This document shows positions 40,549 to 51,777 of a DNA stretch of 64,000 bases, in pieces. The notes beneath the pieces were generated by a model. The model had not been told where the DNA came from. It saw only the letters and a list, made by a program, of their open reading frames with translations, and searched no databases. The translations under genes and the position numbers were made by a program. Positions within the stretch are counted from its first letter, which is position 1. Each line of letters opens with the position of its first letter. Source of the stretch: Desulfomonilia bacterium (GTDB lineage: Bacteria; Desulfobacterota; Desulfomonilia; UBA1062). The stretch covers positions 128,001-192,000 of the forward strand of contig JBEKDT010000005.1 of NCBI GenBank assembly GCA_050014195.1, read 5' to 3'.

Positions 40549-42195
40549 CTATTCCCTTTGGGATGTCTTGAACTTCTGTACGTCTTCTGCGAGAACGGAC
40601 GCCGCGGTGCGCAGGTTGTCCATTGTGCTCGCCAGCTCTTCCACCGTCGAGGCATTGTTCTGCGTCGATCCGTCTATCTTGGTAATGGCCCGGCTCAGCT
40701 CGCCGATATTCTGGGTCTGCTCCGTGCTGGACGTGCCTATCACCTCCATCATCCTGAAGAAAAACTCCATCCGGCTCATAAGCTCTTCCAGTGATGACGA
40801 GGTCTTCTTCATCATCTCATCGCCGTTCTTGATCCTTCCAACCGTCCCTTCGATCAATGCCTTGATCTCGCTCGCCGCCTGTGCAGAACGCTGAGCCAGC
40901 GACCTCACCTCCCCAGCCACCACCGCAAAGCCCTTCCCGTGCTCTCCCGCACGCGCCGCCTCAACCGAGGCGTTCAGCGCCAGCAGGTTCGTGTGAAAGG
41001 CCACTTCGTTTACCGTCACCACGATGTCCCCGATCTTCTTGGAGTCCATGGAGATACCCTGAATCGCCTTCATCAGATCGGAAAAGACCTGCTTGCTGTG
41101 GTCGATAAGCTTGGTTATGGCGTTCGAGGTATCCTGCCCCTCTCTGATAAGGTCGGCATTGTGCAGAATTGTCCCGTTCATTTCCTCGATGGAGGCCGAG
41201 ATCTCCTCAATGGATGCAGCCTGCTCCTGGGTTGCCTGAGACAGATCTTGCGAGCCCGAACTCACATTCTCTATGGCCTGGTGGAGCTGCAACGATGTCT
41301 CCATGACATGCCCGACGATCTCCTCGATGTCACTGATGAATTCATTGAACCAGAAGGCGAGCTTGCCCACCTCATTGAGCCCTGTTACATGGAGCCGCTT
41401 GGTGAGATCTCCCTGCCCTCGGGCCATGTCTTCAAACATGACGGACATCTTGCCCACCGACAACGAAAGGCTCTTCATGAGCAGACCGGCATTGATGAAT
41501 GTCATGAGCGCTGTCTGGACAAGGAGGAGTACGAATCCGAACTGCATGGTAGCAAGGTTTAGTCCGGTTGCAATGGACAGATATATAGTACCGAGGAGGA
41601 GTCCTATAGGGGGAATGGCGATCAGGAGTATTGTGGCAAGGAGCTTCTTGTTGAGGCTCATATGGAACAATCTTATATCTTTATCCAGGACCCCCTTCAT
41701 GTTGCATCTCATGTAGAAGGGAACGAGGCTGTTCTCTGAGGCAAGATAAAAGAACGGCGTGACTAACAGTCCTGTCATGACGAGGTTGTTTATAGCGGAA
41801 ACGAATTCTACCGGGCCTATATATCCTTTGAGATACATCGGCAGAATGGCGATGAGATTGCCGAACAGCGCGAACCTTAAGAATATGGTAATGGCCTCAG
41901 CCAGTGGGAGGATGGAAATTGAACGCAAAGCCCGTTGAACTTCTTCGGGTTTGAAGGTATCCTTCTCCATGAGCTCAATGGAAGGACGGATCAGGAAATA
42001 TTTGACAAGAATTCCCAATGCCAGGCCCAGATTTGCTGCGTTCAATGCACCCATGGCTGCAGTAAGGAAATGGTCTTTGGCACCTTGTGAGACATTCATA
42101 AAGAAGACCAGTAATATGGGCACAACGATCACCGCAGTGACCGACTCCTGGAACAACAATGGTTTCAGGAACATTACCTTTGTGTTTTCTTTCAT
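40549..42195 (-). CDS. Methyl-accepting chemotaxis protein (multi-TM sensor, HAMP, MA domain)
   Basis: GDLTKRL...NEVG-LA--FN HAMP; [33 protein letters not shown]. Confidence 0.95.
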   Translation of the reverse strand: MKENTKVMFLKPLLFQESVTAVIVVPILLVFFMNVSQGAKDHFLTAAMGALNAANLGLALGILVKYFLIRPSIELMEKDTFKPEEVQRALRSISILPLAEAITIFLRFALFGNLIAILPMYLKGYIGPVEFVSAINNLVMTGLLVTPFFYLASENSLVPFYMRCNMKGVLDKDIRLFHMSLNKKLLATILLIAIPPIGLLLGTIYLSIATGLNLATMQFGFVLLLVQTALMTFINAGLLMKSLSLSVGKMSVMFEDMARGQGDLTKRLHVTGLNEVGKLAFWFNEFISDIEEIVGHVMETSLQLHQAIENVSSGSQDLSQATQEQAASIEEISASIEEMNGTILHNADLIREGQDTSNAITKLIDHSKQVFSDLMKAIQGISMDSKKIGDIVVTVNEVAFHTNLLALNASVEAARAGEHGKGFAVVAGEVRSLAQRSAQAASEIKALIEGTVGRIKNGDEMMKKTSSSLEELMSRMEFFFRMMEVIGTSSTEQTQNIGELSRAITKIDGSTQNNASTVEELASTMDNLRTAASVLAEDVQKFKTSQRE

Positions 42196-42323
42196 AGCCC
42201 CCCACCTGCCTTAAACATAAATAATTTCTGAGATGTGTTATCTCAAAGCTTGTGATTGTTTATCGGCGTTTTCGACGTGAAAAATTAATCAAGGATGACA
42301 CTGCCCCTTAATTTCCCGACAAT

Positions 42324-43973
42324 TTAATCTCCCCTTTGGGATGTCTTGAACTTCTGCACATCTTCTGCGAGAACGGCCGCCGCGGTGCGCAGGTTGTCCA
42401 GTGTGCTCGCCAGCTCTTCCACCGTCGAGGCATTGTTCTGCGTCGATCCGTCTATCTGGTATATGGCCCGGCTCAGCTCGCCGATATTCTGGGTCTGCTC
42501 CGTGCTGGACGTGCCTATCACCTCCATCATCCTGAAGAAAAACTCCATCCGGCTCATCAGTTCTTCCAGTGATGACGAGGTCTTCTTCATCATCTCATCG
42601 CCGTTCTTGATCCTTCCAACCGTCCCTTCGATCAATGCCTTGATCTCGCTCGCCGCCTGTGCAGAACGCTGAGCCAGCGACCTCACCTCCCCAGCCACCA
42701 CCGCAAAGCCCTTCCCGTGCTCTCCCGCACGCGCCGCCTCAACCGAGGCGTTCAGCGCCAGCAGGTTCGTGTGGAAGGCCACTTCGTTTACCGTCACCAC
42801 GATATCCCCGATCTTCTTGGAGTCCATGGAGATACCCTGAATCGCCTTCATCAGATCGGAAAAGACCTGCTTGCTGTGGTCGATGAGCTTGGTTATGGCG
42901 TTCGAGGTATCCTGCCCCTCTCTGATAAGGTCGGCATTGTGCAGAATTGTCCCGTTCATTTCCTCGATGGAGGCCGAGATCTCCTCAATGGATGCAGCCT
43001 GCTCCTGAGTTGCCTGAGACAGATCTTGCGAGCCCGAACTCACATTCTCTATGGCCTGGTGGAGCTGCAATGATGTCTTCATGACATGCCCGACGATCTC
43101 CTCGATGTTATTGATGAATTCATTGAACCAGAAGGCGAGCTTGCCCACCTCATTGAGCCCTGTCACATGGAGCCGCTTGGTGAGATCTCCCTGCCCTCGG
43201 GCCATGTCTTCAAACATGACGGACATCTTGCCCACTGATAACGAAAGGCTCTTCATGAGCAGGAATCCGTTTAAGAATGTCATGATGATTGTCTGGAGAA
43301 GAATAAGGAAAAATCCCAGCTGCATGGATTCCAGGCGCATACCGGTGAAGATGGAGAGATATATCAGACCGAGCAGGTTTCCGATGGGAGATATTGCAAT
43401 AAAGAGTATGGTCAAAAGGAGCTTTTTGTTGAGGCCCATATGAAATAATCTTAAATCCGCGTCCAGAATCCCTTTTAAGCTGCATTCCTGATAGAAGGGA
43501 ACAAGACTGTTCTCTGATGCAAGATAGAAAAACGGGGTAATGGACATTGCGGTCATGAAGAGGGCATTTATCCCGAATATGGCCTGGGTAATGGTAATAT
43601 AACCACTGGAATAGAAGGGTACTATGCAGATGAGTATTGCAAGCAGCGACCATCTTATGAAAACGACAACGGCCTCTGCAATGGGGAGGATGGATGCCGA
43701 ACGGACAGCGCGCTGTATCTCTTCAGGGGTACAGGAATCCTTGTCCATAAGCTCGATTGCCGGGCGGACAAGTAAATATTTAATAAAAAACCCTGATACG
43801 AGGCCCACGGCACCTGTCGTTGAGGCCAATATGCCTGCATAAATGAGATGATTGTTGAACTCGGGAACAGACTTCATGAAGAGAAAATATACAAGGGGTA
43901 TGAGTACAAGTGCAGTGACGGTCTCCTGGTATATAAAAGGTCTTAAGAATAGGACTTTAGAACTATCTTTCAT
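42324..43973 (-). CDS. Methyl-accepting chemotaxis protein (paralogue of 40549-42195)
   Basis: Same architecture; signalling half nearly identical at the DNA level. Confidence 0.95.
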   Translation of the reverse strand: MKDSSKVLFLRPFIYQETVTALVLIPLVYFLFMKSVPEFNNHLIYAGILASTTGAVGLVSGFFIKYLLVRPAIELMDKDSCTPEEIQRAVRSASILPIAEAVVVFIRWSLLAILICIVPFYSSGYITITQAIFGINALFMTAMSITPFFYLASENSLVPFYQECSLKGILDADLRLFHMGLNKKLLLTILFIAISPIGNLLGLIYLSIFTGMRLESMQLGFFLILLQTIIMTFLNGFLLMKSLSLSVGKMSVMFEDMARGQGDLTKRLHVTGLNEVGKLAFWFNEFINNIEEIVGHVMKTSLQLHQAIENVSSGSQDLSQATQEQAASIEEISASIEEMNGTILHNADLIREGQDTSNAITKLIDHSKQVFSDLMKAIQGISMDSKKIGDIVVTVNEVAFHTNLLALNASVEAARAGEHGKGFAVVAGEVRSLAQRSAQAASEIKALIEGTVGRIKNGDEMMKKTSSSLEELMSRMEFFFRMMEVIGTSSTEQTQNIGELSRAIYQIDGSTQNNASTVEELASTLDNLRTAAAVLAEDVQKFKTSQRGD

Positions 43974-44203
43974 CGATGCCTCCTATCTCTTTCCATCGGT
44001 AAAGTTACCTGGATGTGATGGTTATCAGCTTGCGTATTTCTATCGGAATTTCTGCTTGTCAACTTGACTGCATCATGAATCTTCACCCATGTCATTTTGC
44101 GGCACAAGGGCAGGAGGCTGTCTTGGGTGTAAGTTAATTATTTTTGGTTCTTCTCTGTGAAACATACTTTTATGGTTTGCATCTTTTCCCCGGCCCATTG
44201 TTC

Positions 44204-44331
44204 TCACCACGAAGTACACGAAGAGCACGAAGAAGAGCCAAGAAATGCAGAACGGACACTCGCGGATCTCTTGCCAATCTGAGACTTCAAGAAAATTCTC
44301 TCTTTCGTGTCCTTCGTGCTCTTCGTGGTTA
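44204..44331. repeat. Inverted-repeat element with 9-bp periodic CACGAAG arms (copy 2)
   Basis: TCACCACGAAGTACACGAAGAGCACGAAGAA ... TTTCGTGTCCTTCGTGCTCTTCGTGGTTA. Confidence 0.9.
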
Positions 44332-44407
44332 GATATCCCTCTGTGTACTCCTCAATGATCCAAGTGTGCGTGACGATGATGAACATTATTTATCAGGGGA
44401 TAATGCC

Positions 44408-44986
44408 CTACCTTGATTGCAGTAGGGTGAGAGAATATTTTCTGAGCTCTTTTCGCAAGCCACAGGCATCTCCTACCAGTGTATCGAGCCTTTGCCAGAA
44501 CCCTTTTCCATGTCCTTTGATCTTCGTGTGGAGAAGTTCGTGGATGATCACGTAATCCATGAGTTTATCAGGGAGTCTTGCCAGATTGATATTGAGGCTG
44601 ATGGCACCCCGCATGCTGCAGCTCCCCCAGCGGGTCTTCTGGTTGCGAATAGACACATGGGTATAGGGGAGCTTATGCCGCGCCGCAAGCTCTCCCAGGC
44701 GAACAATGATCCTCTTCCTGGCAGTTTCCCTGTCTGTCATGAGGGGCAAATTGCAGGCTTCACCGGCTTGAGTCCTTGCCAGAAATTCCATGCGACGAAG
44801 GTGCCGCCTTATCCATTCCTTCTTGGCAAAGGCGAAATCCTTGCCCTTCGACAGCGCTACGCCAACAGGTACGGCAACCCTCACCCTTGAAGGACGCACT
44901 GAAATACTCATCCTGCGGGCCCTGCGGCTGTGCTCGACCAGCGCCTCACCGACACCATCGATGAAAAATTTCAAAGATGCCCTCAT
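44408..44986 (-). CDS. YgjP/DUF45-family metal-dependent hydrolase
   Basis: QKTRWGSCS, DYVIIHELLH, H-K-FW. Confidence 0.9.
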   Translation of the reverse strand: MRASLKFFIDGVGEALVEHSRRARRMSISVRPSRVRVAVPVGVALSKGKDFAFAKKEWIRRHLRRMEFLARTQAGEACNLPLMTDRETARKRIIVRLGELAARHKLPYTHVSIRNQKTRWGSCSMRGAISLNINLARLPDKLMDYVIIHELLHTKIKGHGKGFWQRLDTLVGDACGLRKELRKYSLTLLQSR

Positions 44987-45060
44987 CAAAGCCCTTTTAT
45001 CAGCATGGAATAAAGCATTCCAGGCATAATCAATATCCGTTTCATGGTATAAGGCTCTGC

Positions 45061-46026
45061 ATGTCCAAGAGGACCATGCCGGTGAACAGTGCGGTTATTA
45101 AAAAGAGCGCGCGATGGGGGCATTTTCTCATTGCCGTGTCCCTTTTGATGATCCCCATCTTTATCTTACCGGCACCCGTATATTCAGGGCAGCTTGAGAC
45201 GCTCAATACAAACGATGTTGCAATATTTTATGAACAGCCCCTCAAGGGTCCCGCACGAGAGATTGCAGAAATATATCCGAGCGTCAGGAAAGAGCTGGAG
45301 ACTACAGTGACTTACAGGGTTGATTTCAGGCCAGCCATAGTCCTTGTATCCGATGAGAGGGCCTTCGAGCAGATAACGGGCAACCGTCTCATCGTAGCCT
45401 ATGCCGTACCGGAAAAGATGCTTATCGTCATCAATCATGCCCGCTCGAGCAAAGACCCTTTCAGTACCCGGACCATCCTCAAGCATGAGCTCTGCCATCT
45501 TCTGCTCCACCGCTACATTCACACCCTGCCCCGCTGGATTGACGAAGGGGTGAGCCAGTGGGTAAGCGGCGGGTTTGCCGAGCTGTTCTCGGAAAATCGG
45601 GAGTCTTACCTGAGATGGGCCTCCATCAGCGGAGGCCTTATGAGCCTGAACGCCCTGGATACCTGTTTCCCGCAGGACGAGCAGGGACTTGTCCTGGCTT
45701 ATGAGGAAAGCAGGAACATCGTGGATTACATCGTTTCCAGATACGGCAAGAACGGCATCATCAACATCCTCATGGCCCTGCAGAACGGGAAATCGACACA
45801 AGATGCAATCATGATGTCATTAGGAACCCCTTACCCCGAGTTCGAAAAGGTGTGGCAGCACAGCCTCAGGACATTGCCAGTCCTGATTACCTTCATCATG
45901 GGCAATATTTACGGGGTCATCTTCTTCCTCGCCGCCCTGTTCACCATGGCGGGTTATGCGCGCTACCGCATCAGGAAGAGGCGGCTCATTGATGAAGAAG
46001 AGGAGATCTCTCCGGAAGGCCCATAA
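45061..46026 (+). CDS. Peptidase MA-like (gluzincin) membrane-anchored protein
   Basis: HELCH...PRWIDEG; N-terminal signal and C-terminal TM helix. Confidence 0.82.
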   Translation: MSKRTMPVNSAVIKKSARWGHFLIAVSLLMIPIFILPAPVYSGQLETLNTNDVAIFYEQPLKGPAREIAEIYPSVRKELETTVTYRVDFRPAIVLVSDERAFEQITGNRLIVAYAVPEKMLIVINHARSSKDPFSTRTILKHELCHLLLHRYIHTLPRWIDEGVSQWVSGGFAELFSENRESYLRWASISGGLMSLNALDTCFPQDEQGLVLAYEESRNIVDYIVSRYGKNGIINILMALQNGKSTQDAIMMSLGTPYPEFEKVWQHSLRTLPVLITFIMGNIYGVIFFLAALFTMAGYARYRIRKRRLIDEEEEISPEGP

Positions 46027-46099
46027 GACCTTCCACGCCCAACGGATGCCGTCATCACGGTCTCTATAAGCAGGGGCGAAGGGATATTTAAACATTATC

Positions 46100-47023
46100 T
46101 CAGCCGAGGGCCCGCTTTCTTCTGGGAAAAGGGATGGTCTGCCCGTCAACGGCGACAACAACATCCCCATGATACGCCGATGCCTCACGGACAAATTCAT
46201 CAACAGAGCTGTATCGCTGGGAATAGTGGGTGAGCACGAGCCTCTTCACCCCGGACTCTTGAGCAATTTGTGCAGCCTGGGCCGCAGTGAGGTGGCAGTA
46301 TTCGTGCGCGGTCTGTTCCATATCGGAAAGGTAGGTGGCCTCCATCACACACAGATCAGCCCTTTGGGCGAGTTCATATGCCCCCTCGCACACCCTGGTG
46401 TCCATGATAAAGGCAAAGCGCTGGCCATATCGCACAATGCCTACATCCTCAATGCGAACGGTCTTTCCCCGGATGCTGAGCTTCCCTGAAGCCTTCATGA
46501 TTCCCACATCCCTGCCCTTGATGCCCGCCTTTTCCAGCTTGTCAGGGTCGAGTGTGTAGGAGTCTTTCTCCGTAATACGGTAACCGAGGCATTCCACACC
46601 GTGATCGAGTCTCTTCGCCTCAACAACGATCTTCTCATCCTCAAAGATCACCCCTTCAGAAGTGATCGGGCGTTCCCTGAGGTGGGCTGCATTATAGAAC
46701 AGGCACGAGTCTCTCAAGTGCTCATAGTAGATCTGCCCTGAAGCGGGATAATAGATCTCAACCTCATGGGGGACACGGTCCAGCGATATCCTCTGGATCA
46801 GGCCTGCAAGCCCCAGACAATGATCTCCATGAAAATGGGTGATGAATATCTTTGTTATCTCGGATACCGACACCCCGGCCGGAATCATCTGCCGCTGTGT
46901 GCCTTCCCCGGGGTCGAAGAGAAAACCCTCATCATCAAAACGGAGCATATAGCCGTTCTGGTTCCTGGTGCGCCCGGGCACTTGGCTCGCCGTGCCCAGG
47001 ATGATGAGTTTTCTCTCCGACAT
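46100..47023 (-). CDS. rnz: Ribonuclease Z
   Basis: LGTAS--P---RN, FDPGEGTQRQ, THFHGDH, EATY, HLTA, LTHYSQRY. Confidence 0.92.
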   Translation of the reverse strand: MSERKLIILGTASQVPGRTRNQNGYMLRFDDEGFLFDPGEGTQRQMIPAGVSVSEITKIFITHFHGDHCLGLAGLIQRISLDRVPHEVEIYYPASGQIYYEHLRDSCLFYNAAHLRERPITSEGVIFEDEKIVVEAKRLDHGVECLGYRITEKDSYTLDPDKLEKAGIKGRDVGIMKASGKLSIRGKTVRIEDVGIVRYGQRFAFIMDTRVCEGAYELAQRADLCVMEATYLSDMEQTAHEYCHLTAAQAAQIAQESGVKRLVLTHYSQRYSSVDEFVREASAYHGDVVVAVDGQTIPFPRRKRALG

Positions 47024-47205
47024 ACGTGGCTCCTCGTTCCCATATATCCATGAAAATGACAATCCCTGCAACGTGATCCGTATTATATTGGTATATATGG
47101 AGATTTTTCAATATATGTCATGATGCTTGAAATTTAGGTTGACAGGAAAGTGGGCCTTGGTGTGTATATGCCCTGCACAACACGACATACACCTGGGAGG
47201 GCACG

Positions 47206-49008
47206 ATGCATCAATGGCAACTGGACAAACCGGATAACCTTGTGGACTTTCTCGAAGACAGCGTCAAGAAATACCCCGACAGCAAGATGTTGGGCACCAA
47301 GAATAAAGCAGGTGAGTACGAGTGGATAACCTACCGCGAGTTCGGCCGCCGGGTTGACAACCTGCGGGCCGGCCTTGCAACGCTTAACATCGAGAAGGGT
47401 GATGCAGTGGGTATCATCGCCAACAACCGCACCGAGTGGGCCATCTGCGCCTTTGCGGCCTATGGCCTGGGTGCACGCTGGGTGCCCATGTACGAGGCCG
47501 AACCGGCATCGATCTGGAAATATATTGTTGCAGACAGCGGCATCAAGGTGCTCTTCTGCTCCAAACCCGAGATCCTGGCCAAGGTGAAGGACTTCCCCAA
47601 GGACATCAAGACACTGGAAAAGCTGATCCTCGTTGAAGGAACGGGCAAGGACACCATGGAAGAGATCGAACGGAAAGGCGAAAAGAAGCCCGTGCCGTCC
47701 ATCAAACCGGGCCCCGACGATGTCGCGGCCCTGATCTACACATCAGGCACCACGGGCGACCCCAAGGGCGTGCTGCTGACACACGGCAACTTCACCAGCA
47801 ATTCTTTAGGCGGCCGGAAGTTCTATACCGAGTTCAACCATAACGACGTGGGGATTTCCATTTTGCCCTGGGCCCATTCCTATGCCCAGACCGCAGAGCT
47901 CTATACCTTTATCAATCTCGGCGGTCAGCTCGGGTTTATGGAGAGCATCAGCACGCTGGGCCAGGACATGCTTGCATTGAGACCAACCTTCATCATCGCG
48001 GTGCCCAGGGTGTTCAACAAGATCTATGACGGCATCTTCGCCAAGATGCATGAAGAGAAGGGACTCAAGAAGAAGCTGTTCTTCATGGCCGTTGAGAGCG
48101 CAAAGAAGAAGCGGGAGCTTGCAGCACAGGGCAAGTCCGACCTTATAACCAATATCAAGACCGCGATCGGCGATAAGCTTGTGTTCTCAAAGATACGCGA
48201 GCGCTTCGGCGGCAGGCTCAGAGGAGCCATGACCGCCAGTGCCGCCATGAACCCCGACATCGCAGGGTTCTTCTTCGATGTCGGCATTCCCACCTATGAC
48301 TGCTACGGCATGACCGAGACATCCCCTGCCATTACCATGAACAGCCCTGCGGGCTATAAGCTGGGCAGCGTGGGCCGCGCTATCGACAAGGTGAAGGTGG
48401 TGATCGACCGGTCAGTGGTGGAAGAAGGCGCCACTGACGGCGAGATCGTTGCCTACGGGCCGAATATCATGAAGGGCTATCACAACAAGCCCGAGGCTAC
48501 GGCAGAGGTCATGACCAAGGACGGCGGCATGTGCACCGGCGATCGCGGCAGGCTCGACAAGGACGGATACCTGTTCATCACGGGCCGCATCAAGGAGCAG
48601 TACAAGCTGGAAAACGGCAAGTTTGTCTTCCCCTCTTCGCTGGAGGAGGACATCAGGCTGATCCCCTATATCGAGAACGCCATGATCTACGGCGAAAACA
48701 GGCCGTACAACGTCTGCATCATCATACCGGACTTTCAGGTGCTGGCCAAATATGCAAAGGATCACGGCCTGCCCGCCGACCCCAAACAGCTCATCAAGAG
48801 CAAAGAGGTCCAGGACCTTATTTCAAGCGAGGTAAACAACGCGCTCAAGGGCAAGTACGGCGGGTATGAGATCCCCAAGAAGTTCCTGCTCCTGAGCGAG
48901 AACTTCTCGGTAGACGACGGCACGCTCACCCAGACCCTGAAGGTGAAGCGCCGGGTAGTGCTCAAGAGGCTCCAGGACCGGATAGACACCCTGTATCAGG
49001 CAAAATAG
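47206..49008 (+). CDS. Long-chain fatty acid--CoA ligase (AMP-binding)
   Basis: YTSGTTGDPKG, YGMTET, TGD-G, GRIKE. Confidence 0.92.
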   Translation: MHQWQLDKPDNLVDFLEDSVKKYPDSKMLGTKNKAGEYEWITYREFGRRVDNLRAGLATLNIEKGDAVGIIANNRTEWAICAFAAYGLGARWVPMYEAEPASIWKYIVADSGIKVLFCSKPEILAKVKDFPKDIKTLEKLILVEGTGKDTMEEIERKGEKKPVPSIKPGPDDVAALIYTSGTTGDPKGVLLTHGNFTSNSLGGRKFYTEFNHNDVGISILPWAHSYAQTAELYTFINLGGQLGFMESISTLGQDMLALRPTFIIAVPRVFNKIYDGIFAKMHEEKGLKKKLFFMAVESAKKKRELAAQGKSDLITNIKTAIGDKLVFSKIRERFGGRLRGAMTASAAMNPDIAGFFFDVGIPTYDCYGMTETSPAITMNSPAGYKLGSVGRAIDKVKVVIDRSVVEEGATDGEIVAYGPNIMKGYHNKPEATAEVMTKDGGMCTGDRGRLDKDGYLFITGRIKEQYKLENGKFVFPSSLEEDIRLIPYIENAMIYGENRPYNVCIIIPDFQVLAKYAKDHGLPADPKQLIKSKEVQDLISSEVNNALKGKYGGYEIPKKFLLLSENFSVDDGTLTQTLKVKRRVVLKRLQDRIDTLYQAK

Positions 49009-49030
49009 ATCATACCCCATTATACAAGAC

Positions 49031-49075
49031 AGCCGGTGCAGCGGTTGCAGGCCGTTGCCCCGGCTTCTTCGTTTT
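49031..49075 (+). terminator. Rho-independent terminator
   Basis: AGCCGGtGCAGCGG...CCGTTGCcCCGGCT hairpin then TCTTCGTTTT. Confidence 0.65.
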
Positions 49076-49097
49076 AAAGAAGGATGCAGGGCGCCTT

Positions 49098-49153
49098 TAA
49101 GGAGCGTTCGGCTTCACCGAGACTTATGGTCGCGGCTTAAAGCCGCTCCTACA
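49098..49153. repeat. GTAG-type REP (copy B; left arm degenerate)
   Basis: TCGCGGCTTAAAGCCGCTCCTACA preceded by an AGGAGCG remnant. Confidence 0.75.
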
Positions 49154-49395
49154 AGATCGCCCTTCTGTTTGCCAATTTATCTTCCATATTTGACAGCAAT
49201 ACCCCTGTCCATTATCATATAGTATAAGCTGTATGCTGGCTGCAGCATGATATGGAATGACAAAATCCTACCCGTTCTTGAAGGAGGGTCCATGCCGTCT
49301 CCACGAATCCACCCTTACTGGACGGAGTCTGCGCATACTTTTTAATCGGGCCAAGCACAGAGAGAACTGTATCACTCTTTCTTAAGGAGGAAACG

Positions 49396-50853
49396 ATGAC
49401 GATTAAATACGTTTGTTTATCGGATATGCATCTAGGGCAGGATAACAGCCTGCTGACGAACCTTATCGAGGCCGATGCCGTCCTGGACCACAGCTCTGCC
49501 AGCCCTGTCATGAAGGCCCTGTGCGATGCTTTGCAAGAATTGATCGAACACGCCAATGCAGGTTCAGGGGTCAAACCCGTACTGATCTTAAACGGCGACA
49601 TCCTGGAATTGGCACTGGCGGATGTCAACGATGCAGCCATGGTGTTCTCACGGTTCATCGAATGCACGATGCCCATAGGCAACGAGATCTTTTCGGAAAT
49701 GATCTATATCCCCGGCAACCATGACCACCATATCTGGGAACTAGCCCGGGAAACCCAATACGTCGAGTACTTGAAGCAAATTAAGATTAGTGACAAGCTC
49801 CCGGCGCCCTGGCATACGACGAACCTGTTTATGGATGACAAGAACCCCCTGGCCAGCTATTTCTTAAACGGTCTGGTCCGCCGCTATGGGCATCTGAACA
49901 AGTTTAGCGTCATGATGGCGTATCCCAATCTGGGGCTTTGCGACCCGAACAAACAGCGCTATGTCATCTTTCACCACGGCCATTATATCGAGTCCATCTA
50001 CATGCTCATGACGAAAGTCATGTCCTGGATTTTCCCGGACAGAGAGAAACCACAGGAAATCTGGGACATCGAAAAAGAAAACTTCGCGTGGATTGATTTT
50101 TTCTGGTCGACCATGGGACGCTCCGGCGGGGCAGGCACTGAGGTCGAGGTCATCTACAAGGCACTGCCCGTTCAGAAAGCAAGAAACCGGCTTATTTCCA
50201 ACATATGCGGTAGCCTTGCCAAAGAATATGATCTGCACGGCCTGGGCGACTGGATGGAAGAGAAGATCCTCCCGGTCATCCTTACCAGGCTTGCCGATTA
50301 TTTTGCAAAGAGAGAACGACGCGTAACCGACAAACCGTTGAGCGAGGATGCCCAGAAAGGACTGGGGAACTACCTGAAAGGGCCGTTACACGGTCAGTTG
50401 CTGATCGCACTGAAAAAATTTCGGGGTCTGCCTAAAGAACAAACGCCCGACATACCGAAGGACATTACCTTTGTCTTCGGCCACACCCATAAGCCTTACC
50501 AGGATGACGATGATTTCGACGGCTATCCCGGCTGGGTGGATGTCTACAATACCGGGGGATGGGTTGTGGAATCGGTGCAGAGACAGCCGATTAAGGGGGC
50601 TTCCGTGGTGCTGTTCGATGAAAACCTGCAATCCACATCCATAAGGCTCTATAACGAGTCCGATGCAGCATCAGACTACCGTGTGCAGGTGATTCAGGCT
50701 TCCCGGAAGAAAACAGGAAATACTTTTCATTCTGGAATCGAGAATCTGGTGATGAATAATAAGAAATGGGACATCTTCTCAAAGGAAGCAGCCCGGGCAG
50801 TGGATGTCCGCGCCAAGCACCTGAAGGCGAAACTGGCGCGTACTGCAGGGTGA
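49396..50853 (+). CDS. Calcineurin-like metallophosphoesterase
   Basis: SDMHLG, NGDI, PGNHDH, HGH, FGHTH, YNTGGW. Confidence 0.9.
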   Translation: MTIKYVCLSDMHLGQDNSLLTNLIEADAVLDHSSASPVMKALCDALQELIEHANAGSGVKPVLILNGDILELALADVNDAAMVFSRFIECTMPIGNEIFSEMIYIPGNHDHHIWELARETQYVEYLKQIKISDKLPAPWHTTNLFMDDKNPLASYFLNGLVRRYGHLNKFSVMMAYPNLGLCDPNKQRYVIFHHGHYIESIYMLMTKVMSWIFPDREKPQEIWDIEKENFAWIDFFWSTMGRSGGAGTEVEVIYKALPVQKARNRLISNICGSLAKEYDLHGLGDWMEEKILPVILTRLADYFAKRERRVTDKPLSEDAQKGLGNYLKGPLHGQLLIALKKFRGLPKEQTPDIPKDITFVFGHTHKPYQDDDDFDGYPGWVDVYNTGGWVVESVQRQPIKGASVVLFDENLQSTSIRLYNESDAASDYRVQVIQASRKKTGNTFHSGIENLVMNNKKWDIFSKEAARAVDVRAKHLKAKLARTAG

Positions 50854-50860
50854 CGCATGT
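50712..50860 (+). repeat. 149-bp direct repeat, copy 1 (3' end of the metallophosphoesterase gene)
   Basis: Matches 51935-52083 with 3 mismatches. Confidence 0.95.
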
Positions 50861-50919
50861 GAGGGATGAGTGAAAGATGGAAGATTGAAAACCACAAAAA
50901 AAGTTCGAAAGGAGGAGTC

Positions 50920-51777
50920 ATGAGCCCGAATGGAAACAGTAACACGGGTGGTTCCGTGGGTCCAAATCCCTCAGGGATGTCACGGAGACCACAACCAAAC
51001 GCAGTGTTGGTCGAATTCCTGAACCCCAAGTCCATGATCACGCCAGGCCTGGCAGGCGCATTGACGATGATGGTTACGAATTCGGTGTGCTGCAACTTCG
51101 GTCTTCCAAAGCCATACATTGCACTTGTAGTAGCCGCTCTAATTGTCGTGCTTGCTGTCGGCGTAGGTACCATGCCGTTATGGCAAAAGTCGATCTATTT
51201 TTTATTAAATACTCTTGTTGTCTTTACAATGGCATTGGGAGCGAACTCGGCGGGCGATGCCGCGTTGGGAGCGAACTCCGCAGGCGATGCCATCGCGAAA
51301 TCGGCCATGCCGTCACATTCATTCGAAGCCATCCAGAAGAGGAGTTCCATTTCGTTTTTAGCCTCCGAAGCCTTCGCGCAGGAATACACCGAGGGTACCT
51401 TGCTTAAGGGGAGTGGGCCGCCCGTCTACCTAGTAATACATGGGCAGCGCCGGTGGATTCCGGACCGGCATACCTTCGATGCATTGGGCCTTAAGTGGAA
51501 TGCCATCGGGCAAATAGACGACGGAAAACTCGAAGCAATTCCGAGGGGGCCAGATTATCCGTCTCTCCCTGGGCCGGTCATTAAGGGTTCAGGGCCGCCG
51601 GTCTACCTGCTTCAAAATGGTTATAGGCACTGGATCACTGATCGAAAGACCTTCGAGGCTATTGGCCTCCGATGGGATAGCGTTCGGGTCATCCCCGATC
51701 AGGTACTTGGTTTGGTTCCGGAAGGGCCCCCCATCCAGCAGCAAGAAAACTTTTTCAGCCCATGGTTCAAAAAGTGA
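50920..51777 (+). CDS. Membrane protein with about 3 TM helices and two C-terminal KGSGPPVYL---G-R-WI-D--TF-A-GL-W repeats
   Basis: GGAGGAG RBS before ATG 50920; hydrophobic N-terminal half; duplicated ~50-aa module. Confidence 0.75.
   Translation: MSPNGNSNTGGSVGPNPSGMSRRPQPNAVLVEFLNPKSMITPGLAGALTMMVTNSVCCNFGLPKPYIALVVAALIVVLAVGVGTMPLWQKSIYFLLNTLVVFTMALGANSAGDAALGANSAGDAIAKSAMPSHSFEAIQKRSSISFLASEAFAQEYTEGTLLKGSGPPVYLVIHGQRRWIPDRHTFDALGLKWNAIGQIDDGKLEAIPRGPDYPSLPGPVIKGSGPPVYLLQNGYRHWITDRKTFEAIGLRWDSVRVIPDQVLGLVPEGPPIQQQENFFSPWFKK

Noticed and set aside
49200-49395. Riboswitch or sRNA in the phosphoesterase leader
   Set aside because: No recognisable conserved aptamer motif; an Rfam search would be needed
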